Source: a candidate division CPR2 bacterium GW2011_GWC2_39_35 (GTDB lineage: Bacteria > Patescibacteriota > CPR2). Taken from it: a stretch of 64,000 bases of DNA. The stretch covers positions 223,708 through 287,707 of the forward strand of contig LBWX01000002.1 of assembly GCA_000995065.1 (NCBI GenBank), in the 5' to 3' direction. The notes beneath the pieces were generated by a model, which saw nothing but the letters and a program-made list of their open reading frames with translations, was not told where the DNA came from and searched no databases. The position numbers were made by a program, and so were the translations under genes. Below are positions 1 to 7,844 of this stretch, piece after piece; position 1 is the stretch's first letter; every line of letters starts with the position of its first letter.

Positions 1-1
1 A

Positions 2-718
2 ATGCGGACCCCATTGGCTCAGATAGAAGGTTTTCTTTTTCTCGCCATGAAGCAGCTAGAAGAAGTAAGAGATATTAGTCCGGAAACTAAAAACAATATC
101 GAAATGGCTCATAATTCGGCAATTAACCTTATTAATCTTACAAACGATATCTTAACAGTCTTTAAACTGGATAGTAATAAAATGGAAGTCGTCTTAAAAC
201 AGGTCAAATTAAGTGATATTATTGGCGGCGTCATCAGCAATTATGAAAAAGATGTGGCAAAAAAGAATCTTAAAATTCATTATAAAAATCAATGTAAAAA
301 TGAATCCAAAATAATTACCGATGAAAGTAAATTAACTCAGATTTTATCAAATTTGGTTCAAAACGCAATTAAATTTACCGAAAGAGGATCTGTAGAAATT
401 GTTCTTAAAGAAGATAATAAAAGTTTTATTATAAAGGTTTCGGATACGGGATATGGGATCGACCACTCTGCTTTAAAACATGTTTTCGAGCGCTTTTACA
501 GGCCGGAAAATTGGGAAACCAGAAAGACTCAAGGTACGGGCCTAGGGCTTTACATCGTAAAAAACTTAGTTGAAAGATTGAGCGGAGAAATCGCTGTAGA
601 GAGCGCCAGGGACATCGGTTCAACTTTTACCTTAACCCTACCGAAGGAATACAAGAACAGCGATGACTTAAAAAAGGCTTCCGAGGAAGAGCTAAAAAAT
701 TTTATTGGAACTTTCTAA
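2..718 (+). CDS. Sensor histidine kinase, C-terminal part (gene starts upstream of window)
   Basis: The translation starts inside the H-box context (LRTPL). HATPase_c motifs are present: N-box NLVQNAIKFT, G-boxes DTGYGI and GTGLGL. Confidence 0.8.
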   Translation: MRTPLAQIEGFLFLAMKQLEEVRDISPETKNNIEMAHNSAINLINLTNDILTVFKLDSNKMEVVLKQVKLSDIIGGVISNYEKDVAKKNLKIHYKNQCKNESKIITDESKLTQILSNLVQNAIKFTERGSVEIVLKEDNKSFIIKVSDTGYGIDHSALKHVFERFYRPENWETRKTQGTGLGLYIVKNLVERLSGEIAVESARDIGSTFTLTLPKEYKNSDDLKKASEEELKNFIGTF

Positions 719-753
719 AATAACGATATAATAGAATAAAGGTAGGAGAAAAT

Positions 754-1131
754 ATGGCTAAAAAAGAAAAAATACTTGTTGTTGATGACGATAAAGGGCT
801 GTGTCAGCTTTATAAATTAACCATGGAACAAGAAGGTTACGAGGTTTTTACGGCAAATCAGGGAGAGGAAGGTCTAAGCAGAGCCTTGGAGATTAAACCG
901 GATCTTATCCTGCTTGATATAATGATGCCTATGATTCATGGTTTAAATGTCTTAGATATCTTAAAGGCAACTCCCGAAACAAAAGATTTGAAGGTTATTG
1001 TTTTATCGGCACTGTCTGACGAAGAGACAAAGAATAAGGCGAGAGAATTTGGTGCCTCAGATTATATTGTCAAATCTCAATCTACAATGGCTGAGGTTAT
1101 TGGAAGAGTCGCCGACATCCTAAATGCATAA
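754..1131 (+). CDS. Single-domain response regulator (CheY-like receiver)
   Basis: VVDDD near the N-terminus, a conserved LLDIMMP (phospho-acceptor Asp context) and a K near the C-terminus. A ribosome-binding site GGAGAA lies upstream. Confidence 0.8.
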   Translation: MAKKEKILVVDDDKGLCQLYKLTMEQEGYEVFTANQGEEGLSRALEIKPDLILLDIMMPMIHGLNVLDILKATPETKDLKVIVLSALSDEETKNKAREFGASDYIVKSQSTMAEVIGRVADILNA

Positions 1132-2091
1132 ATGCAAAAGATTTTAAGAAAAGAAAAATTAACAGAATTTTTAGAATACTTGGAGGTCAGGTATGATGTT
1201 TATGCCTTAGCAAAAAGTGGGGGAGAGCATGAATATCATTACGAAAAAGTTACCGCCAGGGATTATTCATATACGATAGGAATTTCTGAGGTTACTCCCA
1301 AACATTTCTTTTTGCCGGCAAGCCACGAGATGTTTAAGGCTCTGGGAACTTCTAGTAAAAAGAAAGTTATTTTTGGTGTCCATTACTTTGATATCGAAGC
1401 TATTTCTCTTTTAGATAAAGCTTTTAAATTTCCTATTACCGATCAGGAATTTTTTACTTTAAAAGAGAAGGTAATCATAATTGGGATGGATTACACCCCG
1501 GCGCCAAAAGAGGGTCACGATCTTTATTTGCAAATTTTAGAAGATGAATATGCGGTTACTGCCGGTTCCGGTGTAGGAGCGCGCCTCGCAAAACTTAAAT
1601 TTTTTGAGGAAGCTAAGGCTCATCCTAAAAAAGATTCCTGTCAAACTGAGGATGTGGTTAAAGATTCAAGATTGGCGGCGGCCATCAGGGAAAGCAAGGA
1701 CAGCAAAATTTGGGATGATTTATCCAAAAGATGTTTTGGCTGCGGCACCTGCAGTTACGTTTGCCCTGTTTGCTACTGCTTTGACATAAAAGATACCTTT
1801 GATCTTAAAGGAAACGCCAAAAGAGAAAGGTGTTGGGATTCCTGCATGCTTTCTAATTTTGCTACTATTGCTGGAGGATATGATTTTCGGCCGGAGCTAA
1901 GGAATCGGATTTATAACTGGTATTATCATAAATTTGTTAGAATGCCGAAAGAGCTAAAAAGGGTAGGCTGCGTTGGTTGTTCCAGATGCGTTAGCTTCTG
2001 TCCGGCTCGGATTAATATCCGCGAAGTCTTAAGTGATGTCTTAAAGGAATACGAGAAGAAACATGCCAAAAAATTTATATTATCCAAATAA
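1132..2091 (+). CDS. hydB: Hydrogenase-associated Fe-S subunit (sulfhydrogenase beta / AsrA-like)
   Basis: Two CxxCxxCxxxCP ferredoxin motifs (CFGCGTCSYVCP and CVGCSRCVSFCP). It is the first gene of a four-gene hydrogenase operon. Confidence 0.65.
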   Translation: MQKILRKEKLTEFLEYLEVRYDVYALAKSGGEHEYHYEKVTARDYSYTIGISEVTPKHFFLPASHEMFKALGTSSKKKVIFGVHYFDIEAISLLDKAFKFPITDQEFFTLKEKVIIIGMDYTPAPKEGHDLYLQILEDEYAVTAGSGVGARLAKLKFFEEAKAHPKKDSCQTEDVVKDSRLAAAIRESKDSKIWDDLSKRCFGCGTCSYVCPVCYCFDIKDTFDLKGNAKRERCWDSCMLSNFATIAGGYDFRPELRNRIYNWYYHKFVRMPKELKRVGCVGCSRCVSFCPARINIREVLSDVLKEYEKKHAKKFILSK

Positions 2092-2887
2092 AGCTAAAAT
2101 AATTTTTATTGAAGAGCAAGCGCCAGGAATGAGACTTTTCGGGATTAGATTTTCGGATAAAAATATCCATCAAAGTTTTAATTTTGTACCGGGTCAATTT
2201 GTTTTCTTGTCGCTCTTGGGTCACGGTGAATTTCCGGTTTCCATTAGCTCTCATCCAAATGAAAAAGATTGTTTAGAGCTTCTTATTAGAAATGTAGGGG
2301 CGGTTACGGGTGCCCTTTTTGGCTTAAATGTTGGGGCAGAAGTTGGTATAAGAGGCCCTTTTGGCAATGGCTTTGATATCCGGAAACTTTATGGAAAAGA
2401 TTTGGTAGTAGTTGCCGGAGGATGCGGTGTCGCTCCTCTTAGATCCTTGATGAAAGGGGTCCTTATTGAAAGAAAGAAGTTTAATAAGATATACTTCTTG
2501 TATGGGGCTAGAACTCCTAAGGACATGCTGTTTAAAAAAGACATTCAGGCTTGGCGAAAGCAATGCGGCGTTTATCTTACTGTAGATGAGCCGGATTCTA
2601 GTTGGAAAGAAAATGTCGGCCTTATTACTACTCTTTTTGGGAGTATTAGGGTAGACAAAGCGGCAGTGGCTGTTACTTGCGGCTCTCCGGCCATGTTTAA
2701 GTTTGTTCTTGTCGAGCTTAAGGCCTTGGGACTTAAAGACAGTAATATCTATTTGTCGTTAGAACGGAGAATGAAATGCGGCATCGGAAAATGTCAGCAT
2801 TGCACTTGCGGCGATAAATATGTATGTTTGGATGGACCGGTGTTTGCATTTAGTGAGATAAAAGAAAACCCAGAGGTGTTATTATGA
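2063..2887 (+). CDS. hydG: FAD/NAD(P)-binding oxidoreductase subunit with C-terminal 2Fe-2S (sulfhydrogenase gamma / PyrK-like)
   Basis: PyrK/AsrB-like fold signatures (GGCGVAPL) and a C-terminal Cys cluster CGIGKCQHCTCG. It overlaps the upstream and downstream genes. Confidence 0.65.
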   Translation: MPKNLYYPNKAKIIFIEEQAPGMRLFGIRFSDKNIHQSFNFVPGQFVFLSLLGHGEFPVSISSHPNEKDCLELLIRNVGAVTGALFGLNVGAEVGIRGPFGNGFDIRKLYGKDLVVVAGGCGVAPLRSLMKGVLIERKKFNKIYFLYGARTPKDMLFKKDIQAWRKQCGVYLTVDEPDSSWKENVGLITTLFGSIRVDKAAVAVTCGSPAMFKFVLVELKALGLKDSNIYLSLERRMKCGIGKCQHCTCGDKYVCLDGPVFAFSEIKENPEVLL

Positions 2888-3627
2888 AACATAAAGTAAA
2901 AATTGCAATTTTTGACTTAACAGACTGCGAAGGCTGCGAGCTTCAGTTCTTAGCTTTCGTCGAGAAAGTTTTGGAAATGGACGATCAATTAGAAATTACA
3001 AACTGGCGTCTGGCAAAACAGAAGAATGTCGAAGGCCCTTTTGACGTCGCTTTTATCGAAGGAAGCCCCTTAACCGAAGAAGACATCGAACTAATAAAAG
3101 AGATTAAGAAGCATTCCAAAGCGGTTGTGGCACTTGGAAATTGTGCTTCATTGGCCGGAATTCCGGGTCTCATTAATGGTGAGGAAAGAGAACGGCTTGC
3201 TAAAAAGATCTATGGCCCAAATTACAAACTAAGAGTTAGGGAAGTCCGCCCCCTCAGCCATTATATTGATGTCGATTATGAACTTCGAGGTTGTCCAGTT
3301 ACCGAGAAAGAACTGGAAGAGCTAGTATCAAGCCTAATTTCCGGCAAAAAAGTCGTGCCAAAGACTTATCCGGTATGCTTAGAATGTAAGGCAAATGGTA
3401 ATCCTTGCTTATTTTTAGAAAATAAAGCCTGTCTGGGAGCTGTTACGAAAGGTGGTTGTGGGGCACTTTGTCCGTCTCATGGTCACCGTTGCTATGGCTG
3501 TTTGGGTCCGGTCAGAGAAAACAATACTGATGCCATAACAAACCGTTTATCCGAGACGGTGGGCAAGGACGAAGCAATACGCCAGCTCGAGATTTTTGTA
3601 AATAACCCGATGATGGAGGAAAAATGA
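2884..3627 (+). CDS. hydD: NiFe hydrogenase small (delta) subunit
   Basis: N-terminal DCEGCE proximal-cluster cysteines and a C-terminal Cys-rich Fe-S region (CPSHGHRCYGC). It is translationally coupled (ATGA overlap) to the large subunit. Confidence 0.75.
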   Translation: MKHKVKIAIFDLTDCEGCELQFLAFVEKVLEMDDQLEITNWRLAKQKNVEGPFDVAFIEGSPLTEEDIELIKEIKKHSKAVVALGNCASLAGIPGLINGEERERLAKKIYGPNYKLRVREVRPLSHYIDVDYELRGCPVTEKELEELVSSLISGKKVVPKTYPVCLECKANGNPCLFLENKACLGAVTKGGCGALCPSHGHRCYGCLGPVRENNTDAITNRLSETVGKDEAIRQLEIFVNNPMMEEK

Positions 3628-4862
3628 AAAGTTTAATGAATAACTATATTACTAAGATCGAAGGACACGGAAATTTAAAAGTAAATTTTAATAACGAAAA
3701 AGTGGAGCTTCATGTAGAAGAAGGCGAACGGCTCTTTGAGGGACTTATTCTGGGGAGATATTTTGAGGATGGACCGATAATAACAGCTAGGATCTGCGGT
3801 GTTTGCCCCACGGCTCATACTTTTGCTTCGATAACAGCTTTAGAAAATGCTTTGGATATTAAGGTGTCGGATCACATCGCCACTTTAAGAAAAGTCATGC
3901 TTTCTTTGCAGATTTTTCAAAGTCATGTGCTGCACTTATTCTTTTTGGCGATCCCCGATTATTTAGGAATTGACAATTCCTTAGAGCTTGCTACTGCTAA
4001 TCCGGAAGTTTTTAACACGGTTTTATCCTTAAAGAGGTTGGCCGATGAAGGCATCGAACTTATTGGCGGGCGGCCGATTCATCCGATTACTGCCGTAGTT
4101 GGCGGCTTTACGAAGTTACCGGAATATAAGGACTTAGATGAGTATAAAAAGAAAATCGAAAAGAGCTTGATTCATGCCATAGAGGCTGCCAAAATTTTTA
4201 AGACGGTCAAATATCCGGAAGTAGAAAACGAAAAAGAGTATCTGGCACTCTTGGGATCAAACTATCCGCTTACAGGAGAGGTCGTTGTTTCCTCTCTTGG
4301 TAAGGGTTTTGAGGTCAAAGATTATCAAAAAGTTGTTACCGAAACTGTTAAAAGTTATTCGACTGCCAAGTTTTCTACCAAGGATGGCAAAGGCTTTATG
4401 GTCGGTGCAATTTCCAGGCTTAATCTAAAATATCCGCTTTTAAATAAAGAGGCTTTTGGTTTGGCTGAGGGTGAATTCCCAACCCATAATCCATTTAAGA
4501 ACAACTTAGCCCAGGCTATAGAATTGGTCCATTATATGGAAGAGATCATCGAGCTCATTGGCTCTCTAAAGGACGCTGATTTAAGTCATGCCCGGGATCA
4601 ATTTGAGGTAAAAGCTGGAGTCGGGGCTGGCTGTATCGAAGCACCAAGAGGGCTCCTATTTCATTATTATGAGCTTAATTCAAAAGGCATTATCACTAAG
4701 TGCGACATCATAACTCCAACTGCTCTAAACCTAACGAGTATCGAGGATGATGCGGAAGCGGTTCTTAAAACTAACGGCGGTATCTCGCAAGCGAAAAGGG
4801 AGCATGAGCTAGAGATGCTAGTTAGAGCCTACGATCCATGCATTACGTGCTCGGTACACTAA
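3624..4862 (+). CDS. hydA: NiFe hydrogenase large (alpha) subunit, group 3
   Basis: N-terminal L1 motif RICGVCPTAH and C-terminal L2 motif DPCITCSVH. The protein ends exactly at the His of L2, with no C-terminal extension. Confidence 0.85.
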   Translation: MKSLMNNYITKIEGHGNLKVNFNNEKVELHVEEGERLFEGLILGRYFEDGPIITARICGVCPTAHTFASITALENALDIKVSDHIATLRKVMLSLQIFQSHVLHLFFLAIPDYLGIDNSLELATANPEVFNTVLSLKRLADEGIELIGGRPIHPITAVVGGFTKLPEYKDLDEYKKKIEKSLIHAIEAAKIFKTVKYPEVENEKEYLALLGSNYPLTGEVVVSSLGKGFEVKDYQKVVTETVKSYSTAKFSTKDGKGFMVGAISRLNLKYPLLNKEAFGLAEGEFPTHNPFKNNLAQAIELVHYMEEIIELIGSLKDADLSHARDQFEVKAGVGAGCIEAPRGLLFHYYELNSKGIITKCDIITPTALNLTSIEDDAEAVLKTNGGISQAKREHELEMLVRAYDPCITCSVH

Positions 4863-4865
4863 GAA

Positions 4866-4925
4866 GAATAAAGAATCAGGAATTAAGAATAAAGTAAGTC
4901 TTGTTAGATCATAATTCTTTATTCT
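4866..4925. terminator. Imperfect long hairpin between convergent hydA and hypC (bidirectional terminator candidate)
   Basis: agaataaagaat...attctttattctttattct inverted repeats. Confidence 0.45.
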
Positions 4926-5153
4926 TTATTCTGGGCAGTGGCAATGGTCGTGGCTTTTGGAGAGTTCTAATATTTCGAGAGCGTCGGCTTCCGGCATTTT
5001 ATTGACGCCCAAATCTCCGTGAGCCATGATCCAGTCACCGACCTTAAGGTCTTGTATAAGCACAATATTCACTTTAAATAATTGGCCGTCGTGATCGACT
5101 TCGGCAAATTGGCCGTCTAATGTTTTTACTTGAACGGGAGTTGCTAAACACAC
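4926..5153 (-). CDS. hypC: Hydrogenase maturation factor HypC
   Basis: 75 aa beginning MCLATP (the HypC signature is MC(L/I)(A/G)(I/V)P). It is convergent with hydA. Confidence 0.8.
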   Translation of the reverse strand: MCLATPVQVKTLDGQFAEVDHDGQLFKVNIVLIQDLKVGDWIMAHGDLGVNKMPEADALEILELSKSHDHCHCPE

Positions 5154-5229
5154 TATTTTTGTTCCTTGTTATCTAAGGTTTATTATAAACTTTATTTTCA
5201 AAGTCGGCTAGAGAGATGTTTTGTTAGAA

Positions 5230-5278
5230 AGTCAAAACTCAAAATTCAAAAGGCAAAATTGCAGTTCAAAATTAAAAG
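5230..5278. repeat. Dispersed intergenic repeat, family 2 (TCAAAACTCAAAA..GCAAAATTGCAGTTCAAAATTAAAA)
   Basis: Near-identical copies at 16470-16520, 18451-18503 and 53041-53092. Confidence 0.7.
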
Positions 5279-5397
5279 GTATTCTTACCAAAGATAAGCG
5301 CCGGGGTGAGGGCGAAATTCAAATTGAAAAAAGTGACTTTTTCGGGTATAATCATGAAGTCAAAAAAGTTTTGTCTGTTTATTGTTTTCTGTTTTAT

Positions 5398-5473
5398 AGG
5401 CCCATAGCTCAGGGGTTAGAGCACCGTTCTTATAAAGCGGGGGTCGCGGGTTCAAATCCCGCTGGGCCTACCA
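5398..5473 (+). tRNA. tRNA with anticodon TAT (Ile, AUA-decoding), CCA encoded
   Basis: Manual cloverleaf: acceptor AGGCCCA/TGGGCCT, D-stem GCTC/GAGC, anticodon stem CCGTT/AGCGG (one G-U pair), loop CTTATAA, T-arm GCGGG-TTCAAAT-CCCGC, discriminator A then CCA. Confidence 0.7.
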
Positions 5474-5521
5474 TAGGAAAATTAGAGATTTTCCTGACAG
5501 CAAATAGCTAAAAGGGAATAT

Positions 5522-5956
5522 ATGTCAACTAAAAACCAAGAATATAAAGACGAAATCTTAGTGACACGGGTAGGGGCTCAGTGTCTTCTAGTGAAAGACA
5601 ACAAGATACTACTCGGCAAAAGAAAAAATGTTTTTGGTGATGGCCATTGGGGACTTCCCGGCGGTCATTTAGAAAAAGGGGAGACCATTCTTGAGGCAGC
5701 GGCCCGGGAGCTAGAAGAAGAGACAGGAGTAAAGGCGATTTCTAGCCAGGTTATCTCCGTTAGCGATGCAAATTTGGAAAACAATTATCATCTTCAAATT
5801 GGTGTATTGGTTACGAAATGGGATGGAGATCCTCAAATAAAAGAGCCAAATAAATGTAGCGAGCTCTCATTTTTTGCTTTAGAAGAATTGCCGGAACCAA
5901 TTTTTATTTCCGCAAAACCCCTAATCGAGAAATTTATTAAGAATGCTTTATATTAA
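5522..5956 (+). CDS. NUDIX hydrolase
   Basis: Nudix box GGHLEKGETILEAAARELEEETGV. Confidence 0.85.
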   Translation: MSTKNQEYKDEILVTRVGAQCLLVKDNKILLGKRKNVFGDGHWGLPGGHLEKGETILEAAARELEEETGVKAISSQVISVSDANLENNYHLQIGVLVTKWDGDPQIKEPNKCSELSFFALEELPEPIFISAKPLIEKFIKNALY

Positions 5957-5957
5957 A

Positions 5958-6034
5958 CTGGGATTAGCGCAACTTGAAAGCGCGCCGCGTTCGGGACACG
6001 GAGGTCGTGAGTTCGAATCCCGCATCCCCGACCA
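5958..6034 (+). tRNA. tRNA-Pro(CGG)-like with three mismatched stem pairs (possible pseudogene), CCA encoded
   Basis: Loop TTCGGGA gives anticodon CGG. D-stem GCGC/GCGC and T-loop TTCGAAT. Mismatches at 2-71 (U.C), 30-40 (C.A) and 52-62 (A.C). The T-arm is like that of tRNA-Pro(GGG) at 60872. Confidence 0.5.
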
Positions 6035-6090
6035 AGTTATTTAAAATTAAAGTTTTCTATTAGATTTGATTTACTGTTATAATATTTGTT

Positions 6091-6474
6091 ATGAAACGAT
6101 CTCCAATACCAAGTAAGGGCAAGTTAAGACTAAAGATGTTTTTAATTTTTTTAGTTATTGTGTATCTTTTTTTCTTGGTAGGTAAAACAGTCTATGAGAA
6201 TTATAAATTCAACAAGCAGCTTAGCGCGCTTCAGGATGAGATCAATGCGTCAGAAATAAAGATCAATAAAATGAAAGAAGATATCGAATATTTTAAGACG
6301 GATGAATATAGGGAGCGTGAAGCGCGGGAGAAATTAAACAAACAAAAACCGGGTGAAACCGTAATTGTAATTACTCCGGACGGAAAAGAGGCACCTAAAG
6401 CCAATATCAAGAAAGAAGAAGATCCGAATTACGTAAAATGGTGGGAATACCTATCAGGAAGACTTGAAAAATAA
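6091..6474 (+). CDS. Septum formation initiator (FtsB/DivIC-like)
   Basis: N-terminal transmembrane segment, a coiled coil, and the conserved EYREREAREKLNKQKPGETVIVI region. Confidence 0.75.
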   Translation: MKRSPIPSKGKLRLKMFLIFLVIVYLFFLVGKTVYENYKFNKQLSALQDEINASEIKINKMKEDIEYFKTDEYREREAREKLNKQKPGETVIVITPDGKEAPKANIKKEEDPNYVKWWEYLSGRLEK

Positions 6475-6598
6475 AAAATTTCTGATATAATTGGTCAGGA
6501 AGTAGGAAGTATCCCGAATCATCGGGAATAAAATAATGATATGTGCCGGTCCGATAAAAATGGAAAAGTCGTAAGGCAATCGAAAGAATAATAAATGA

Positions 6599-6673
<75 letters not shown>

Positions 6674-6891
6674 AAGTCAATAAACAAGTAACAATTTAAT
6701 GCCTTCAAAAGAGGTATTTTTTGATACCTAAATATTTGATATGTGCTAGACGTCAGTTTTTAAAAGCAATCTAAAGCGGATGCAATGATCGCCATTGAGC
6801 GTATAGTTGCCATTGATGATGGAGAGCAGCTATCTTCAACGAAGGAGTATGTCGAGATTGCGGATTAACCGACAAAAGATTTTACAGAGCT

Positions 6892-6928
6892 AGACGGCTC
6901 CCATTTGAATTACGGGAGTCGTCTTTTT
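6892..6928 (+). terminator. Rho-independent terminator
   Basis: AGACGGCTCCC-loop-GGGAGTCGTCT, an 11-bp stem with one G.U pair, followed by TTTTT. Confidence 0.6.
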
Positions 6929-7196
6929 GCTTTCTTAATATATTCTTAAGCTTTATATGGTAAAAACTTAACGTTACCGTTTTGCTGGTGATGGTTTTAG
7001 GGTTGGGAATTTAATAGACGAAAGAGTTCTTCATCGAAAAGGAAATCTTAAGACTTAAGAAACGTGAAATAGGGTTGGATTTTGGTTAATGATATCTTGA
7101 CCAATTTTCAGGTGGTTATAATAATCTTCTCCTTTTCCAATGGGAGAGTTAAAATATACTAAGATTTTAGGTTAATGAGAGGATTGGTGAAATGAA

Positions 7197-7826
7197 ATGG
7201 CAGATCTAAAACGAAAAATATTTATTGCTGCTGCTGTGATTGTGGCAATCGGTCTAATTTCTGGTATAAGTGCATATTATTATAGCTATTATCAGGATCA
7301 TAAGACCAAAACCCAAAAGGAAACTTCTAAAGATGAAAGCAAGATAAAAAAAGAAGTCAATCAAGTAGATGAAAGCACGTTTCCTAACTCAATTGCTTCA
7401 TTTAATTATTATCCTACAGGCTGGTATGTAAAAGAAAAGGGAGAGGACGTATCAATCCAAGACAGGCCTGGGACTGTGTGGTTGGGAGGTGGGATAGCGC
7501 CAAAAAACGTGCAAGATATCACTTATACAGGACGCATTATTTCCGTGGTGAAAAAAGAACTGGATGGTAAACCTTTTAACGAATGGCTTAGGGATGAGAA
7601 TGAAAATCATGTCATTAAGAATGGCTATCCAGTCCCAGAGCACATTGATGGTTTAGACGGTTTCCGTTTCGTATATTCAGAAGAAATATCTGCCGATATG
7701 CCTTTTATTTATGTATCTAACGGTTTTTCAGTTTACATCATTCGCTTCGAATCGAGCGGAGGAGAATCGGATTCGGAAGGCCTAAGAGTCTTTGAGGAAG
7801 TCATAAAGAGCTTAAATCTAAATTAA
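7197..7826 (+). CDS. Hypothetical membrane-anchored protein
   Basis: N-terminal transmembrane helix and a ribosome-binding site. No recognised domain. Confidence 0.5.
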   Translation: MADLKRKIFIAAAVIVAIGLISGISAYYYSYYQDHKTKTQKETSKDESKIKKEVNQVDESTFPNSIASFNYYPTGWYVKEKGEDVSIQDRPGTVWLGGGIAPKNVQDITYTGRIISVVKKELDGKPFNEWLRDENENHVIKNGYPVPEHIDGLDGFRFVYSEEISADMPFIYVSNGFSVYIIRFESSGGESDSEGLRVFEEVIKSLNLN

Positions 7827-7844
7827 ATAATCTTGATTTGAGGA

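Noticed and set aside
3624-4862. FeFe hydrogenase or respiratory group 1 NiFe hydrogenase
   Set aside because: The L1/L2 NiFe cysteine motifs are present. The four-subunit beta-gamma-delta-alpha arrangement with diaphorase-like subunits, no Tat signal on the small subunit and no cytochrome b fits a cytosolic group 3 enzyme, not group 1 or FeFe.
5221-5511. 96-aa plus-strand ORF
   Set aside because: It starts on a copy of intergenic repeat family 2 and reads straight through tRNA(TAT). There is no ribosome-binding site. The translation is low-complexity.
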